A stretch of DNA of 64,000 nt from an uncultured Bacteroidales bacterium. GTDB lineage: Bacteria > Bacteroidota > Bacteroidia > Bacteroidales > UBA7960. Position 1 is the stretch's first letter. The number at the start of each line of letters is the position of its first letter. The notes beneath the pieces are model-generated. The model saw nothing but the letters and a program-made list of their open reading frames with translations, did no database searches and was not told the origin of the DNA. Shown one piece after another: positions 1 to 10,196 of the stretch. The position numbers were made by a program, and so were the translations under genes. The stretch covers positions 16,408 through 80,407 of the forward strand of contig CAYVQC010000009.1 of assembly GCA_964453995.1 (NCBI GenBank). Reading direction: 5' to 3'.

Positions 1-1995
1 CAATCGCCGCCTTTCCATGAAATAAAGCATGAACATTATCTGCCGGCTTTCACGGAGGCCATTGATTGGGCCAAAAAGGAAATTGAGACCATTGCCAACC
101 AACCGGAAGAACCCACTTTTGAAAATACCATCGAAGCCCTCTCCTATGCAGGAGAGCGTCTGGATCGTATAAGTGGTATCTTTTTTAACCTCACCTACGC
201 CGAAACCGACGATCAGTTACAGCAGATCGCCCGTGAGGTTTCGCCAATGATTACGGATCATAGCAATGATATCCTTTTTAATGGTAAATTATTTGACCGT
301 ATAAAAAAGGTTTATGCCCAACGCGATCAACTGGATCTTACTCCAGAGCAACGTATGCTGCTGGAAAAGACCTATAAATCATTTTCGCGCAACGGCGCCA
401 ATCTTTCTGATGCTGATAAAGAGAAAATCCGTGCTATCAGCCGTGAGCTATCAGAATTGTCGCTTCGTTTCAATGATAACGTGCTGGCCGAAACCAACGG
501 ATGGTTCCTGCACATTACTGATGAAAAAGATCTCGCAGGATTGCCCCAAAGTTTTATTGAAACGGCCGAGCAAGCTGCAAAGGCTAAAGACCTGCAGGGA
601 TGGGTAGTTACCCTTCATGCTCCTGGTTACGTGCCTTTTATGAGGTATGCCGACAACCGCCAGCTGCGCGAAAAAGTGTATATGGCTTATGCTGTAAGAG
701 GATACCAGCAAAATGAGTATAACAATACAGAAATACTTACCCGTATTGCCAACCTAAGGCTCGAAAAAGCAAAATTACTGGGTTATCCTTCCCACGCCGA
801 CTTTGTCTTGGAAGAAACTATGGCCCGCAGTGCTGCCAGTGTAAATGCTTTCCTGGATCAACTCTCCGGTGCCGCTCTGCCCAAAGCAAAGATAGAGGTG
901 AAAGAAGTACAGGATTTTGCTGCAACATTAGGTTTCAACCAACCCCTGATGCCATGGGACTGGAGCTATTATGCCGAAAAACTGCGCAAGGAAAAGTATG
1001 ATTTTGATGAAGAATTGACCCGGCCTTATTTCCAGCTGGAGAAAGTTACCGAAGGCATATTCGGGCTTACCAGTAAATTATGGGGTTTAACCTATAAGCA
1101 GAATAATGAGATCCCGGTTTACCACAAGGATGTTACTGTATATGAAGTATACGATAAGGATGGCAAGTTCTTATCCCTTTTATACCTTGACTTCTTCCCT
1201 CGCGAAAGCAAAAGTGGTGGTGCCTGGATGACCAGTTTCCGCGAACAGTATCGTAAAAATGGAGAAGACGTAAGACCGCAGGTATCCCTGGTATGTAATT
1301 TTTCAAAGCCCACCGAAGCACGACCCTCATTGCTTACTTTCAACGAATTCAGCACCTTCTTGCATGAATTTGGCCATGCCTTGCACGGAATGCTTTCCAA
1401 TGTTACCTATTCCGATCTTTCAGGAACCAGCGTGTATCGCGATTTTGTTGAGCTCCCATCACAAATACTTGAAAATTGGGCCATTGAAAAAGATTTCCTG
1501 GATATGTTTGCAAGACATTATCAAACAGGCGAACCCATGCCCACCGAAATGATAGAAAAGATCATTGAGGTAAAGAACTTCCAGGCTGGTTACAGCACCG
1601 TTAGGCAATTGAGCTTTGGGCTCAATGATATGGCATGGCATAGCATTACAGAGCCTGTTACCACGGATGCAGAATCATTTGAGCGGAATGCCATGAAACC
1701 GGTAGCCCTCTTTGATTGGATCGATGGTACTATGATGAGCACAGCTTTTACCCACATCTTTTCCGGTGGCTATTCCGCAGGATACTATGGCTACAAATGG
1801 GCAGAGGTTCTTGATGCCGATGCCTACCAGGCTTTTCGTGAAAATGGAATTTTTGATGAAAAAACAGCTTTGTCATTCCGCGAAAATATTCTTGCCAAAG
1901 GTGGTAGCGAGCATCCCATGGATATCTATGTAAGATTCCGTGGCAAAGAACCTTCCATTGATGCTCTCCTGGAAAGAAGTGGCCTGAAAAACTGA
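1..1995 (+). CDS. dcp: M3-family peptidyl-dipeptidase (Dcp-like), 5' end truncated by the window edge
   Basis: Frame 1 is open from nt 1 with no stop before the tracked ATG at 247. It carries the HEFGH zinc motif (FLHEFGHALHG) and M3 oligopeptidase-like sequence throughout. A strong terminator follows. Confidence 0.85.
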   Translation, partial: QSPPFHEIKHEHYLPAFTEAIDWAKKEIETIANQPEEPTFENTIEALSYAGERLDRISGIFFNLTYAETDDQLQQIAREVSPMITDHSNDILFNGKLFDRIKKVYAQRDQLDLTPEQRMLLEKTYKSFSRNGANLSDADKEKIRAISRELSELSLRFNDNVLAETNGWFLHITDEKDLAGLPQSFIETAEQAAKAKDLQGWVVTLHAPGYVPFMRYADNRQLREKVYMAYAVRGYQQNEYNNTEILTRIANLRLEKAKLLGYPSHADFVLEETMARSAASVNAFLDQLSGAALPKAKIEVKEVQDFAATLGFNQPLMPWDWSYYAEKLRKEKYDFDEELTRPYFQLEKVTEGIFGLTSKLWGLTYKQNNEIPVYHKDVTVYEVYDKDGKFLSLLYLDFFPRESKSGGAWMTSFREQYRKNGEDVRPQVSLVCNFSKPTEARPSLLTFNEFSTFLHEFGHALHGMLSNVTYSDLSGTSVYRDFVELPSQILENWAIEKDFLDMFARHYQTGEPMPTEMIEKIIEVKNFQAGYSTVRQLSFGLNDMAWHSITEPVTTDAESFERNAMKPVALFDWIDGTMMSTAFTHIFSGGYSAGYYGYKWAEVLDADAYQAFRENGIFDEKTALSFRENILAKGGSEHPMDIYVRFRGKEPSIDALLERSGLKN

Positions 1996-2036
1996 TTTCT
2001 GACACAGAATAATTCTTCACAAAATACAAAATGAAA

Positions 2037-2062
2037 ACCGGGACTTGCTCCCGGTTTTTTTT
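2037..2062 (+). terminator. Rho-independent terminator after dcp
   Basis: Perfect 7-bp stem ACCGGGA/TCCCGGT with a 5-nt loop (cttgc), followed by a run of 8 T. Confidence 0.8.
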
Positions 2063-2112
2063 ATCACTCCCAATCGCTTCGTTCAACGCTGCTTTACAAA
2101 AATTAAAACCGC

Positions 2113-2120
2113 TAAATTTG
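2113..2120 (+). promoter_or_regulatory. Candidate Bacteroidota -7 box (TAAATTTG) upstream of the carboxylase/mevalonate cluster
   Basis: Matches TAnnTTTG and lies 105 nt upstream of the ATG at 2226. I found no clean TTTG -33 element at the expected spacing. Confidence 0.3.
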
Positions 2121-2225
2121 CAATACCTGCCCTCCCTCTTGTTTAAAAGATAATCCAAAGCATAAACAAAACTGTTTAGGTTCTGTTAAAACAACTAAAC
2201 ATATCAAAATTTTAACATTCTATTT

Positions 2226-3824
2226 ATGCCTGATACAACACAAGAGTCCTTTGAGCGGGAAAAAACCCAGGGGGATCAGTCGTTTGAGAAAATCCTTGCA
2301 GACTTTTACGACAAATACCGCAGGGTACTATCGGGAGGGTCAGAAAAGGCATTAGCCCTTCACCGTAGTCGGGGCAAACTCACTGCCCGCGAGAGAATTG
2401 AAACCCTTCTCGATCCGGATTCTCCGTTTCTTGAGCTATCTGCTCTTGCCGCCAATGGGCAATACGAGGACCAGTTTCCTGCTGCAGGCATTGTTACCGG
2501 TGTCGGCAAAGTTCACAACCAATTTGTGGTTGTTGTTGCCAATGATGCTACGGTAAAAGGCGGTACCTACATCAGGGAAACCATACGCAAACATATAAGG
2601 GCACAGGAGGTTTCCATCGACAACCATCTCCCTGCCATTTATCTGGTGGACAGTGGGGGGATTTTTCTTCCGGAGCAGGCAAATGTTTTTCCCGATAAAG
2701 AAGATTTTGGACGGATTTTCAGTAACCAGGCACGTATGTCGGCCATGGGTATACCCCAGGTAGCAGTGGTTATGGGTTCCTGTACTGCCGGCGGAGCTTA
2801 TATTCCAGCCATGTGCGATGAAAGTATCATTGTGAAAAACCAGGGTACCATCTTTATTGGTGGTCCCCCCCTGGTTAAAGCGGCTACCGGCGAGGAGGTT
2901 ACCGACGAAGAGCTGGGAGGAGGAAATGTTCATGCCAAAATATCAGGAGTAGTAGATCACCTGGCTGAAGATGATGTTCATGCCCTGACGATTTGCAGGA
3001 AAATTGTTTCGGGATTTCCATCACCCCAAAAACAAACGGTAAATCGTGTAACACCCCAGCAACCTCACCTCCCACAGGAGGGCCTGCGTAAACTCGCCCT
3101 TGCCGATTCTTCAAGGCATATTGATCACGCCAGGGTAATTGAACATATAGCAGATATGGGGGAATTCCAGCCTTTTAAGGCTGAGTATGCCAAAACGATC
3201 ATCACCGGCTTTGCCCGTATCAATGGTTACCAGGTGGGAATCCTCGCCAACAATGGCGTTGTTTTTGGCGAAACCGCCCGTAAGGCAGCTCATTTTGTGC
3301 AGATCTGCAATTTCAGAAAAATCCCCATGATTTTCCTGCAAAACATTACTGGCTTCATTGTGGGTAAAAAATATGAACATGATGGTATTGCCCGCGATGG
3401 TGCCAAATGGATACACGCCGTGGCCACCAGCACAGTTCCCATCATCAGCATTATTACCGGGGGGTCTTATGGGGCAGGAAATTACGCTATGGCAGGCAGG
3501 GCTTTTGATCCACGGTTTTTGTTCATGTGGCCCAATGCACGTATTGGGGTTATGGGCGGAGACCAGGCTGCCAGGGTACTTACCCAACTTAAAAAAGCGA
3601 AAGGGAAGAATGGCGCTGAGCTCCTGGCAAAGTCTGAAGAAGACCTTTTCAGAGAGATTAAAGCAAGGTACGATCATGAAAGTTCTGCTCTTTACTCCAC
3701 CAGCCGAATATGGGATGATGGCATTATCGATCCTGCCAATACCCGCAAAGTTATTTCTCTGGCACTGGAGATCACAGCCAACAGGCAATGGCCTGAGTTT
3801 AAACCCGGTATTTACCGGATGTAA
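2226..3824 (+). CDS. Acyl-CoA carboxylase carboxyltransferase (beta) subunit, methylcrotonyl-CoA carboxylase type
   Basis: 532 aa. The N-terminal region ALALHRSRGKLTARERI and the two crotonase-fold carboxyltransferase halves resemble MCCase/geranyl-CoA carboxylase beta subunits. It is adjacent to the matching alpha subunit, a hydratase and an ACAD. Confidence 0.8.
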   Translation: MPDTTQESFEREKTQGDQSFEKILADFYDKYRRVLSGGSEKALALHRSRGKLTARERIETLLDPDSPFLELSALAANGQYEDQFPAAGIVTGVGKVHNQFVVVVANDATVKGGTYIRETIRKHIRAQEVSIDNHLPAIYLVDSGGIFLPEQANVFPDKEDFGRIFSNQARMSAMGIPQVAVVMGSCTAGGAYIPAMCDESIIVKNQGTIFIGGPPLVKAATGEEVTDEELGGGNVHAKISGVVDHLAEDDVHALTICRKIVSGFPSPQKQTVNRVTPQQPHLPQEGLRKLALADSSRHIDHARVIEHIADMGEFQPFKAEYAKTIITGFARINGYQVGILANNGVVFGETARKAAHFVQICNFRKIPMIFLQNITGFIVGKKYEHDGIARDGAKWIHAVATSTVPIISIITGGSYGAGNYAMAGRAFDPRFLFMWPNARIGVMGGDQAARVLTQLKKAKGKNGAELLAKSEEDLFREIKARYDHESSALYSTSRIWDDGIIDPANTRKVISLALEITANRQWPEFKPGIYRM

Positions 3825-3870
3825 TGGAATGGTATGCTGCCTGGTTGCATAATTTAAAAAGCACAGTATT

Positions 3871-4653
3871 ATGAACCGATACAAAAACATACAGGTTGAG
3901 CTGGAAGAGAATGTTTTTACACTTACCCTCAACAGGCCCCAAAAGAGAAACGCAATCGATGAGGCCACCATGGACGAATTGCTGGATGCCCTGAAAGCAT
4001 TTGGCATCAGGAAGGATATATCGCTTGCTGTTCTCAGGGGGGCCGGCACCGATTTTTGTGCAGGAGCTGATCTGGATTGGATGCGGTCAACCCAGGGAAT
4101 GACTATAGAACAACTGGCCAGCCAGAATATGAAACTCCAGAAGGTATTTAACCTTTGGTTTGATTTGCCGGCCTTTACCATTGCTGTAATCCAGGGAAAT
4201 ATTGTGGGAGGAGGGCTTGGCCTGGTGGCCTCTTCCGATCTTGTTGTTGCTCAACCTGGTAGTATGTTCAGGTTCTCTGAAGTTACACTGGGCTTGATGC
4301 CGGCCACCATTGCCCCCTTTGTATTGCAAAGAACACAAAGCCGCTTCATTCGCAATGCCATGCTCACGGCACTTCCCTTCGCTGCCGATGAGGCCCTGCA
4401 ACATGGGCTTATTGATATTGTTGCCGACAAAACTCTTGAAAAGGATGTGCTGGAGCGATACACAAAAGCGCTGAACAAAACAGCCAGAGAGGCTGTTTCA
4501 AAAACCAAAAAACTTTCCAATGACCTGATTTTTAATCGGATCAAAGAACCAATGGATGAGTATACTGCAAATCTGCTGGCCGAGGTACGAAAATCGGAAG
4601 GGGCAGAAAAACGTATTGCAGCATTTTTTAAATCATTAGAAAAGAAAGCATGA
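3871..4653 (+). CDS. Enoyl-CoA hydratase/isomerase family protein (methylglutaconyl-CoA hydratase candidate)
   Basis: 260 aa crotonase fold (NRPQKRNAID, GAGTDFCAGADL). It lies between the carboxylase beta and alpha subunits, and its stop overlaps the next start (ATGA). Confidence 0.75.
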   Translation: MNRYKNIQVELEENVFTLTLNRPQKRNAIDEATMDELLDALKAFGIRKDISLAVLRGAGTDFCAGADLDWMRSTQGMTIEQLASQNMKLQKVFNLWFDLPAFTIAVIQGNIVGGGLGLVASSDLVVAQPGSMFRFSEVTLGLMPATIAPFVLQRTQSRFIRNAMLTALPFAADEALQHGLIDIVADKTLEKDVLERYTKALNKTAREAVSKTKKLSNDLIFNRIKEPMDEYTANLLAEVRKSEGAEKRIAAFFKSLEKKA

Positions 4654-6593
4654 GGATTAAAAAAGTACTTATAGCCAATCGGGGAGAAATAGCACTGAGA
4701 ATAATGCGCTCCCTGAAAAGGATGGAGATTCGGAGCATTGCCCTTTTTACTGATATTGAAAGGGACGATCTTCATGTAAAATCAGCAGATGAGTCTTGGT
4801 CATTGGGCAATGGCAACCTCACTGAAACCTGGTTGAATATCCCCCTCATTCTCAGTATTGCCAAAGAAAGCGGAGCAGATGCCATCCATCCGGGCTATGG
4901 GTTTCTGTCAGAAAATGCCGCTTTTGCCAGGGCATGTGAGCAAGAGGGAATCATCTTTATCGGACCACGCAGCGATGTAATAGAAAAGATGGGCAGTAAG
5001 ATTCTGTCTTCTGCCATCGCCAGGCAGGCCGGTATCCCTCTACTGCCACGTCTGGAAGGTGAGCCCGCTTTATTGATCGAAAAAGCGCATCAACTGGGAT
5101 TTCCTCTCCTGGTAAAAGCCGCTGCAGGTGGTGGTGGCAAAGGAATGGTGCGCATCGACAGCCAGGGGATGCTTGAGCAGGGCGTGTTTGCCGCTTCCGA
5201 ACAGGCACTGCGTTATTTTGCCAATGAAAAAGTCTACCTTGAAAAATACGTGCAACATCCCAGGCATATTGAAGTGCAGATCCTGGCCGACAATCATGGC
5301 AATGTGGTTCATCTGCTGGAAAGAGAATGTACCCTGCAAAGGAACCACCAGAAAGTGGTAGAAGAAGCTCCTTCTGTTTCGCTTAACCCCCAAAACCGGA
5401 CCGCTTTGCATGATGCCGCAGTTAAGCTTGCTAAAACTGTCGGGTATACCAATGCCGGTACAGTAGAGTTTATCCTTGATGAGGACGGCAAATTCTATTT
5501 TCTCGAAATGAACACCCGTATTCAGGTCGAGCACCCCGTTACCGAGGCCATTACCGGCGTTGATATTGTAGAAGAACAGCTACACATAGCCATGAATAAG
5601 AAACTGTCTGTAAGGCAGGAAGATGTGAAAGCCCATGGCCATGCCATTGAAGTGAGGCTGTATGCCGAAGACCCCCTTCACAATTTCAGGCCCTCAGCAG
5701 GTACTGTAAAGAAGTTTATATTACCGACCTCCAAAGACTTACGTGTTGACAGTTCTATTGCCTCATCGGGAAAAGTTAATTCAAACTTTGATGCCATGAT
5801 CGCCAAGATCGTTGTATCATCCACCTCCCGGGATGAAGCAATCATGTCGATGCAGAAAGTTCTCGATAATACCCTTGTGCATGGAATAAAAACCAACCTG
5901 GCACTTTTGGCAGGGATTGTAAAAGCAGAGATTTACAAAAACAATACAATCAGTACCCATAGTATAGCTGACAACCTTTCCCGTTGGGCTACCCCGGAAA
6001 GTACCTTCGAAGATATGATCCTGGCAGCAGGATTATTTCTGTGGCTGGAACGCTACAGTTCCGGCCAGGGCAACAATGCATGGCGTATGGCCAATATAGA
6101 AAAGTTGCTGGTAAATCAGAATGAAATATCTGTGTTTCATTTTCCCCTGGGAGATCATGGCGTGCATTTACGTAAAGGTGATCAATCGTGGGATTTTTCC
6201 AGGATATCTGTAGACGAACATAAAATATCGTTTCTTTGCAACAAAAAGGCTTTTTCTTTTGTTTTCAGTTATTCAGAACGAAATTCAATGTTTCTGGTCA
6301 ACGGAGTTCATTACCAGGTTGTACTTCCCCAAGCAGTGGTAACACGAAGGCTTTCCACCGGTACCAATGGCAACAAACTGCCCGATCTTAAAGCGACACT
6401 TTTTGGCAGGGTTTTACGCGTAAATGTTGCCGCAAAACAGAAGGTAAAATCCGGCGATCCTTTATTGGTTGTAGAATCCATGAAAATGGAAAATACTATC
6501 CTTGCCCCTGAAGATAATGTAGTTTCATCCATCAATGTAAAGGTTGGTGACCAGGTAAGCGATGGACAGGTATTGATAAGTTTTGAAGATTAA
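4650..6593 (+). CDS. Acyl-CoA carboxylase alpha subunit (biotin carboxylase fused to a C-terminal biotinyl domain)
   Basis: 647 aa. It has an ATP-grasp biotin carboxylase N-terminus (KVLIANRGEIALRI, GGGGKGM, EMNTRIQVEHPVTE) and a C-terminal biotin attachment motif VESMKMEN. Confidence 0.85.
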   Translation: MRIKKVLIANRGEIALRIMRSLKRMEIRSIALFTDIERDDLHVKSADESWSLGNGNLTETWLNIPLILSIAKESGADAIHPGYGFLSENAAFARACEQEGIIFIGPRSDVIEKMGSKILSSAIARQAGIPLLPRLEGEPALLIEKAHQLGFPLLVKAAAGGGGKGMVRIDSQGMLEQGVFAASEQALRYFANEKVYLEKYVQHPRHIEVQILADNHGNVVHLLERECTLQRNHQKVVEEAPSVSLNPQNRTALHDAAVKLAKTVGYTNAGTVEFILDEDGKFYFLEMNTRIQVEHPVTEAITGVDIVEEQLHIAMNKKLSVRQEDVKAHGHAIEVRLYAEDPLHNFRPSAGTVKKFILPTSKDLRVDSSIASSGKVNSNFDAMIAKIVVSSTSRDEAIMSMQKVLDNTLVHGIKTNLALLAGIVKAEIYKNNTISTHSIADNLSRWATPESTFEDMILAAGLFLWLERYSSGQGNNAWRMANIEKLLVNQNEISVFHFPLGDHGVHLRKGDQSWDFSRISVDEHKISFLCNKKAFSFVFSYSERNSMFLVNGVHYQVVLPQAVVTRRLSTGTNGNKLPDLKATLFGRVLRVNVAAKQKVKSGDPLLVVESMKMENTILAPEDNVVSSINVKVGDQVSDGQVLISFED

Positions 6594-6625
6594 GATATAA
6601 CAATAGTTTCAATTAAAAGCAAAGT

Positions 6626-7777
6626 ATGAATCAAAGTCCCTATTTCTCACAATTGCATGAGGAATTCCGTTTAAAAGTCAGGCACTTCGCAGAAGAACGT
6701 GTTCGTCCGGTAGCAGCAGAACTCGATCAAAAGGAAGAGTTTTCAGTGGAGCTAACCCAAGCTATGGGGCAACTTGGCCTTTTTGGGGTTAATGTTCCTG
6801 TAGAATATGGTGGTCATGGAAAAGATTACAGATCGCTGGTGCTTGCAGTGGAAGAGATTGCACGGGTAGATGGCAGCCAGGCTGCTACACTGGCAGCTCA
6901 TAATTCGCTCGGCATAGGGCCAATTTATATGTTTGGTACTGAGGAGCAGAAAAAAAGGCTAATCCCCCGACTCACTTCAGGCAAACATACCTGGGCATTT
7001 GCGCTTACAGAACCTAATGCGGGTAGCGATGCTATGGGTACCGAAACCCGTGCAAAGCAGGTTGACGGGCAGTGGGTAATCAACGGGCAGAAAATTTTTA
7101 TTTCCAATGCTGCATCACCTATGTCATTGGGGGCTACAATACAGGCCATTACAGGAGAAGAAGATGGTAAGAAAAAACTTTCCACCATACTGGTTGAAAG
7201 CAATACAGAGGGTTATCACCGCGAGCGCATCACCAATAAAATGATGTGGCGATCGGCTGATACAGGCAAACTCAGGTTCGACAATGTGCGTGTACCCGCC
7301 GATAATCTGCTTGGGGAATTGGGCAAAGGCGGAAGGCAAATGCTTGAAACGCTTGACAGCGGGCGGCTTACCATTGGGGCCATGGGATTGGGCCTTGCCC
7401 GTGGAGCTTTTGAGATGGCACAGAAATATGCCAATGAAAGAAAACAGTTTGGAAAACCCATTAAGCATTTTCAGGCTGTGGCCTTTAAACTTGCCGATAT
7501 GGCACTGAAAATAGAACTTGCCGCCAATACCTTGTACAATGCAGTTTGGCGCAAAGACAATGGATTGCCCTTTGGTAAAGAGGCTGCCATGGCGAAACTT
7601 TACACCTCTGAAATTGCCCGCGAGGTAGCTGATGAAGCCGTACAGATTCATGGCGCCTATGGCCTGGTAAGGGATTATGATATAGAAAGATTCTATCGCG
7701 ACCAACGTATCCTGCAAATAGGAGAAGGAACCAGCGAAATTTTAAGGCTCGTAATTTCAAGACACATCGATAGCTGA
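6626..7777 (+). CDS. Acyl-CoA dehydrogenase (short/branched-chain type; isovaleryl-CoA dehydrogenase candidate by context only)
   Basis: 383 aa ACAD family (TEPNAGSD, C-terminal IGEGTSEILRLVISR). The substrate is inferred from neighbouring genes. See the finding on its hybrid active-site motif. Confidence 0.8.
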   Translation: MNQSPYFSQLHEEFRLKVRHFAEERVRPVAAELDQKEEFSVELTQAMGQLGLFGVNVPVEYGGHGKDYRSLVLAVEEIARVDGSQAATLAAHNSLGIGPIYMFGTEEQKKRLIPRLTSGKHTWAFALTEPNAGSDAMGTETRAKQVDGQWVINGQKIFISNAASPMSLGATIQAITGEEDGKKKLSTILVESNTEGYHRERITNKMMWRSADTGKLRFDNVRVPADNLLGELGKGGRQMLETLDSGRLTIGAMGLGLARGAFEMAQKYANERKQFGKPIKHFQAVAFKLADMALKIELAANTLYNAVWRKDNGLPFGKEAAMAKLYTSEIAREVADEAVQIHGAYGLVRDYDIERFYRDQRILQIGEGTSEILRLVISRHIDS

Positions 7778-7790
7778 AACACTAACCATT

Positions 7791-8798
7791 ATGGAAGATC
7801 GCAAAAAAGACCACATCAATCTTGCGCTAACCAACCGTACAGGTACTGTTGAGAAGGATTACCGGTTTGTATATGAACCACTTCTTTCGGGTCATACCAC
7901 TCCTGAGATTTCCAGAGTAAAGCTGGCAAACAAATTTATGAAAGTTCCCATCTGGATTTCCAGTATGACCGGTGGGGCAGGAATAGCAAGGCATATCAAT
8001 ACCAACCTGGCCATGGCTGCCAATGAATTTGGCCTTGGCATGGGATTGGGCTCATGCCGTATATTGCTTGACTCGGAAAAACACCTGCCTGACTTCGACA
8101 TGCGTTCGGTTATTGGTGATGAGCAACCCTTTTGGGCCAACCTGGGGATTGCCCAACTGGAGCAAATGGTAGAAAAAGGAAACCTCAACGAGGTTACTGA
8201 TATGATCAATCTTTTACGTTGCGACGGTTTGATTATCCATGTAAATCCCCTCCAGGAATGGTTTCAACCCGAAGGCGACAGGCTCAGGCATCTTCCTCTT
8301 GAAATCATAAAGGAAGTAGTTAGCTTTCTTGATTTTCCTGTTATTGTCAAAGAAGTAGGGCAGGGCATGGGGCGTGAAAGCCTTAAAGCCATGATGGAGC
8401 TCCCCCTGGCAGCAATTGAATTCGCTGCTTTCGGGGGTACCAATTTTGCCAGGGTGGAAATGATGCGAAGACCCACAATAGAGCACGAGCTTTTCGAGCC
8501 TTTGGTATTTGTTGGGCAAACTGCAGAAGATATGCTCATAGATGTTAAGCAATTGCTCGCAGATGGAGTGAATAACCAGGCTCAACTGTTAATCATCAGT
8601 GGCGGTATAAGAAATTACCTCGATGGCTATTATTTTATCAAATCCAGCCCCTTGCCTGCTGTCTACGGTATGGCATCAGGCTTTTTAAAACATGCCAGGG
8701 ATGATTATTCATCGTTGAGAAGCTGGGCTAAATCGCACATTGACGGGTTGCTTATGGCACATGCTTTCCTGAGGCTCAACAACACAAATCAAGGCTGA
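7791..8798 (+). CDS. fni: Type 2 isopentenyl-diphosphate delta-isomerase (FMN-dependent IDI-2)
   Basis: 335 aa. It starts MEDRKKDHINL, and has the SSMTGG motif, a VKEVGQG TIM-barrel core and SGGIRN. It sits in a mevalonate pathway context. Confidence 0.8.
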   Translation: MEDRKKDHINLALTNRTGTVEKDYRFVYEPLLSGHTTPEISRVKLANKFMKVPIWISSMTGGAGIARHINTNLAMAANEFGLGMGLGSCRILLDSEKHLPDFDMRSVIGDEQPFWANLGIAQLEQMVEKGNLNEVTDMINLLRCDGLIIHVNPLQEWFQPEGDRLRHLPLEIIKEVVSFLDFPVIVKEVGQGMGRESLKAMMELPLAAIEFAAFGGTNFARVEMMRRPTIEHELFEPLVFVGQTAEDMLIDVKQLLADGVNNQAQLLIISGGIRNYLDGYYFIKSSPLPAVYGMASGFLKHARDDYSSLRSWAKSHIDGLLMAHAFLRLNNTNQG

Positions 8799-8884
8799 CC
8801 GTTCCAAGCCAACCGCGATATCACTTTTTGTGAATTGTATTCTTGAAAGACCAACCCGATCTTAACCCTCATTAGATTGTAACT

Positions 8885-10183
8885 ATGCAAAATCAACCAC
8901 CTGTAAAAGGATTCTCGAAACTAAGCCGTGATGAAAAAATCCATTGGCTCTCCGCAAGTTTGCAAGATGATCAGGTGGCTGTGTTTTTGCAACAATTCCG
9001 CCTTAAAGATGAAAATCTTCAGGGAAAATTCGAAAGCTTTTCTGAAAATACACTCACCAATTATCATCTTCCCTGGGGCATGGTTCCCAATGTAATGGTG
9101 GATGATGTTCTGTATCATGTTCCTGTAGTTATTGAAGAAAGTTCGGTGGTGGCCGCTGCATCTAAAGCTGCTTCCTTCTGGTCGAAGCTTGGTGGTTTCA
9201 AAACGGCTTTGGTGTCGGCCATAAAGAAGGGGCAGTTGCATTTTCTCTATCGGGGAAATGCCCAGAAACTATATGCCCGGTGGGATGATGTTTCGGCAGA
9301 CCTGAAGACTTCCGTAAACCACCTTACCCAAAATATGGAGGCGCGGGGTGGTGGTATCCTTTCCCTGAAACTTAAACAGGTAAGCGGATTGGCCGATTAT
9401 TATTTCCAGATAGATATGGAAGCTGATACCGGCGACAGTATGGGTGCCAATTTTATCAATTCTGTATTGGAGGAGATGGGGCGGGTTCTGCCTTCCTTGA
9501 TCACGAAGCATGTGGATGAGGGCGAAACAGATATTATTATGGCTATCCTGTCCAATCACACTCCGGGTAGCCTGGTACGAATTTCTGCACAGGCTGCTGT
9601 TGACCAGTTGAAATGGAGCAAAGAAATGCCCCCCGAAAAGTTTGCTTCGCGTATGCAATGGGCAGCCGATATTGCCTGGTTTGACCCATCAAGGGCAGTA
9701 ACCCATAACAAGGGAATCTACAATGGTGTGGATGCAGTAGTATTGGCAACCGGCAATGATTTTCGTGCTGTAGAAGCCGCAGGACATGCCCATGCAACCC
9801 GGGATGGGCAATACCGGTCGCTGAGCCGGATAACACTTAGCCAGAATGTATTTAATATTGAACTGGAAATACCACTCGCCCTGGGAACAGTTGGTGGGCT
9901 TACAAAGCTCCATCCGCTGGCGGCCAAAACTCTTGAGATACTTGGCAACCCTAATGCAAAAACACTTATGTCAATTGCTGCTGCTGTAGGACTGGCCAAT
10001 AATTTCGCAGCAATGGCCTCCCTGGTAACTACAGGAATTCAAAAAGGGCACATGAAGATGCATTTGCAGAACATATTACATTCACTTAATGTTGATCCCA
10101 GGCTGCATCAAAAGGCAGAACAGCACTTCCGGGATAAAACTGTGAGTGTAGCCGCAGTTAGAGAGTTTTTTAAGAAAACCTAA
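8885..10183 (+). CDS. mvaA: Hydroxymethylglutaryl-CoA reductase, class II
   Basis: 432 aa with the class II HMGR motifs EESSVVAAASK, DSMGANFIN, ALGTVGG and QKGHMKMH. Confidence 0.85.
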   Translation: MQNQPPVKGFSKLSRDEKIHWLSASLQDDQVAVFLQQFRLKDENLQGKFESFSENTLTNYHLPWGMVPNVMVDDVLYHVPVVIEESSVVAAASKAASFWSKLGGFKTALVSAIKKGQLHFLYRGNAQKLYARWDDVSADLKTSVNHLTQNMEARGGGILSLKLKQVSGLADYYFQIDMEADTGDSMGANFINSVLEEMGRVLPSLITKHVDEGETDIIMAILSNHTPGSLVRISAQAAVDQLKWSKEMPPEKFASRMQWAADIAWFDPSRAVTHNKGIYNGVDAVVLATGNDFRAVEAAGHAHATRDGQYRSLSRITLSQNVFNIELEIPLALGTVGGLTKLHPLAAKTLEILGNPNAKTLMSIAAAVGLANNFAAMASLVTTGIQKGHMKMHLQNILHSLNVDPRLHQKAEQHFRDKTVSVAAVREFFKKT

Positions 10184-10196
10184 TCAGCAAACCCCA

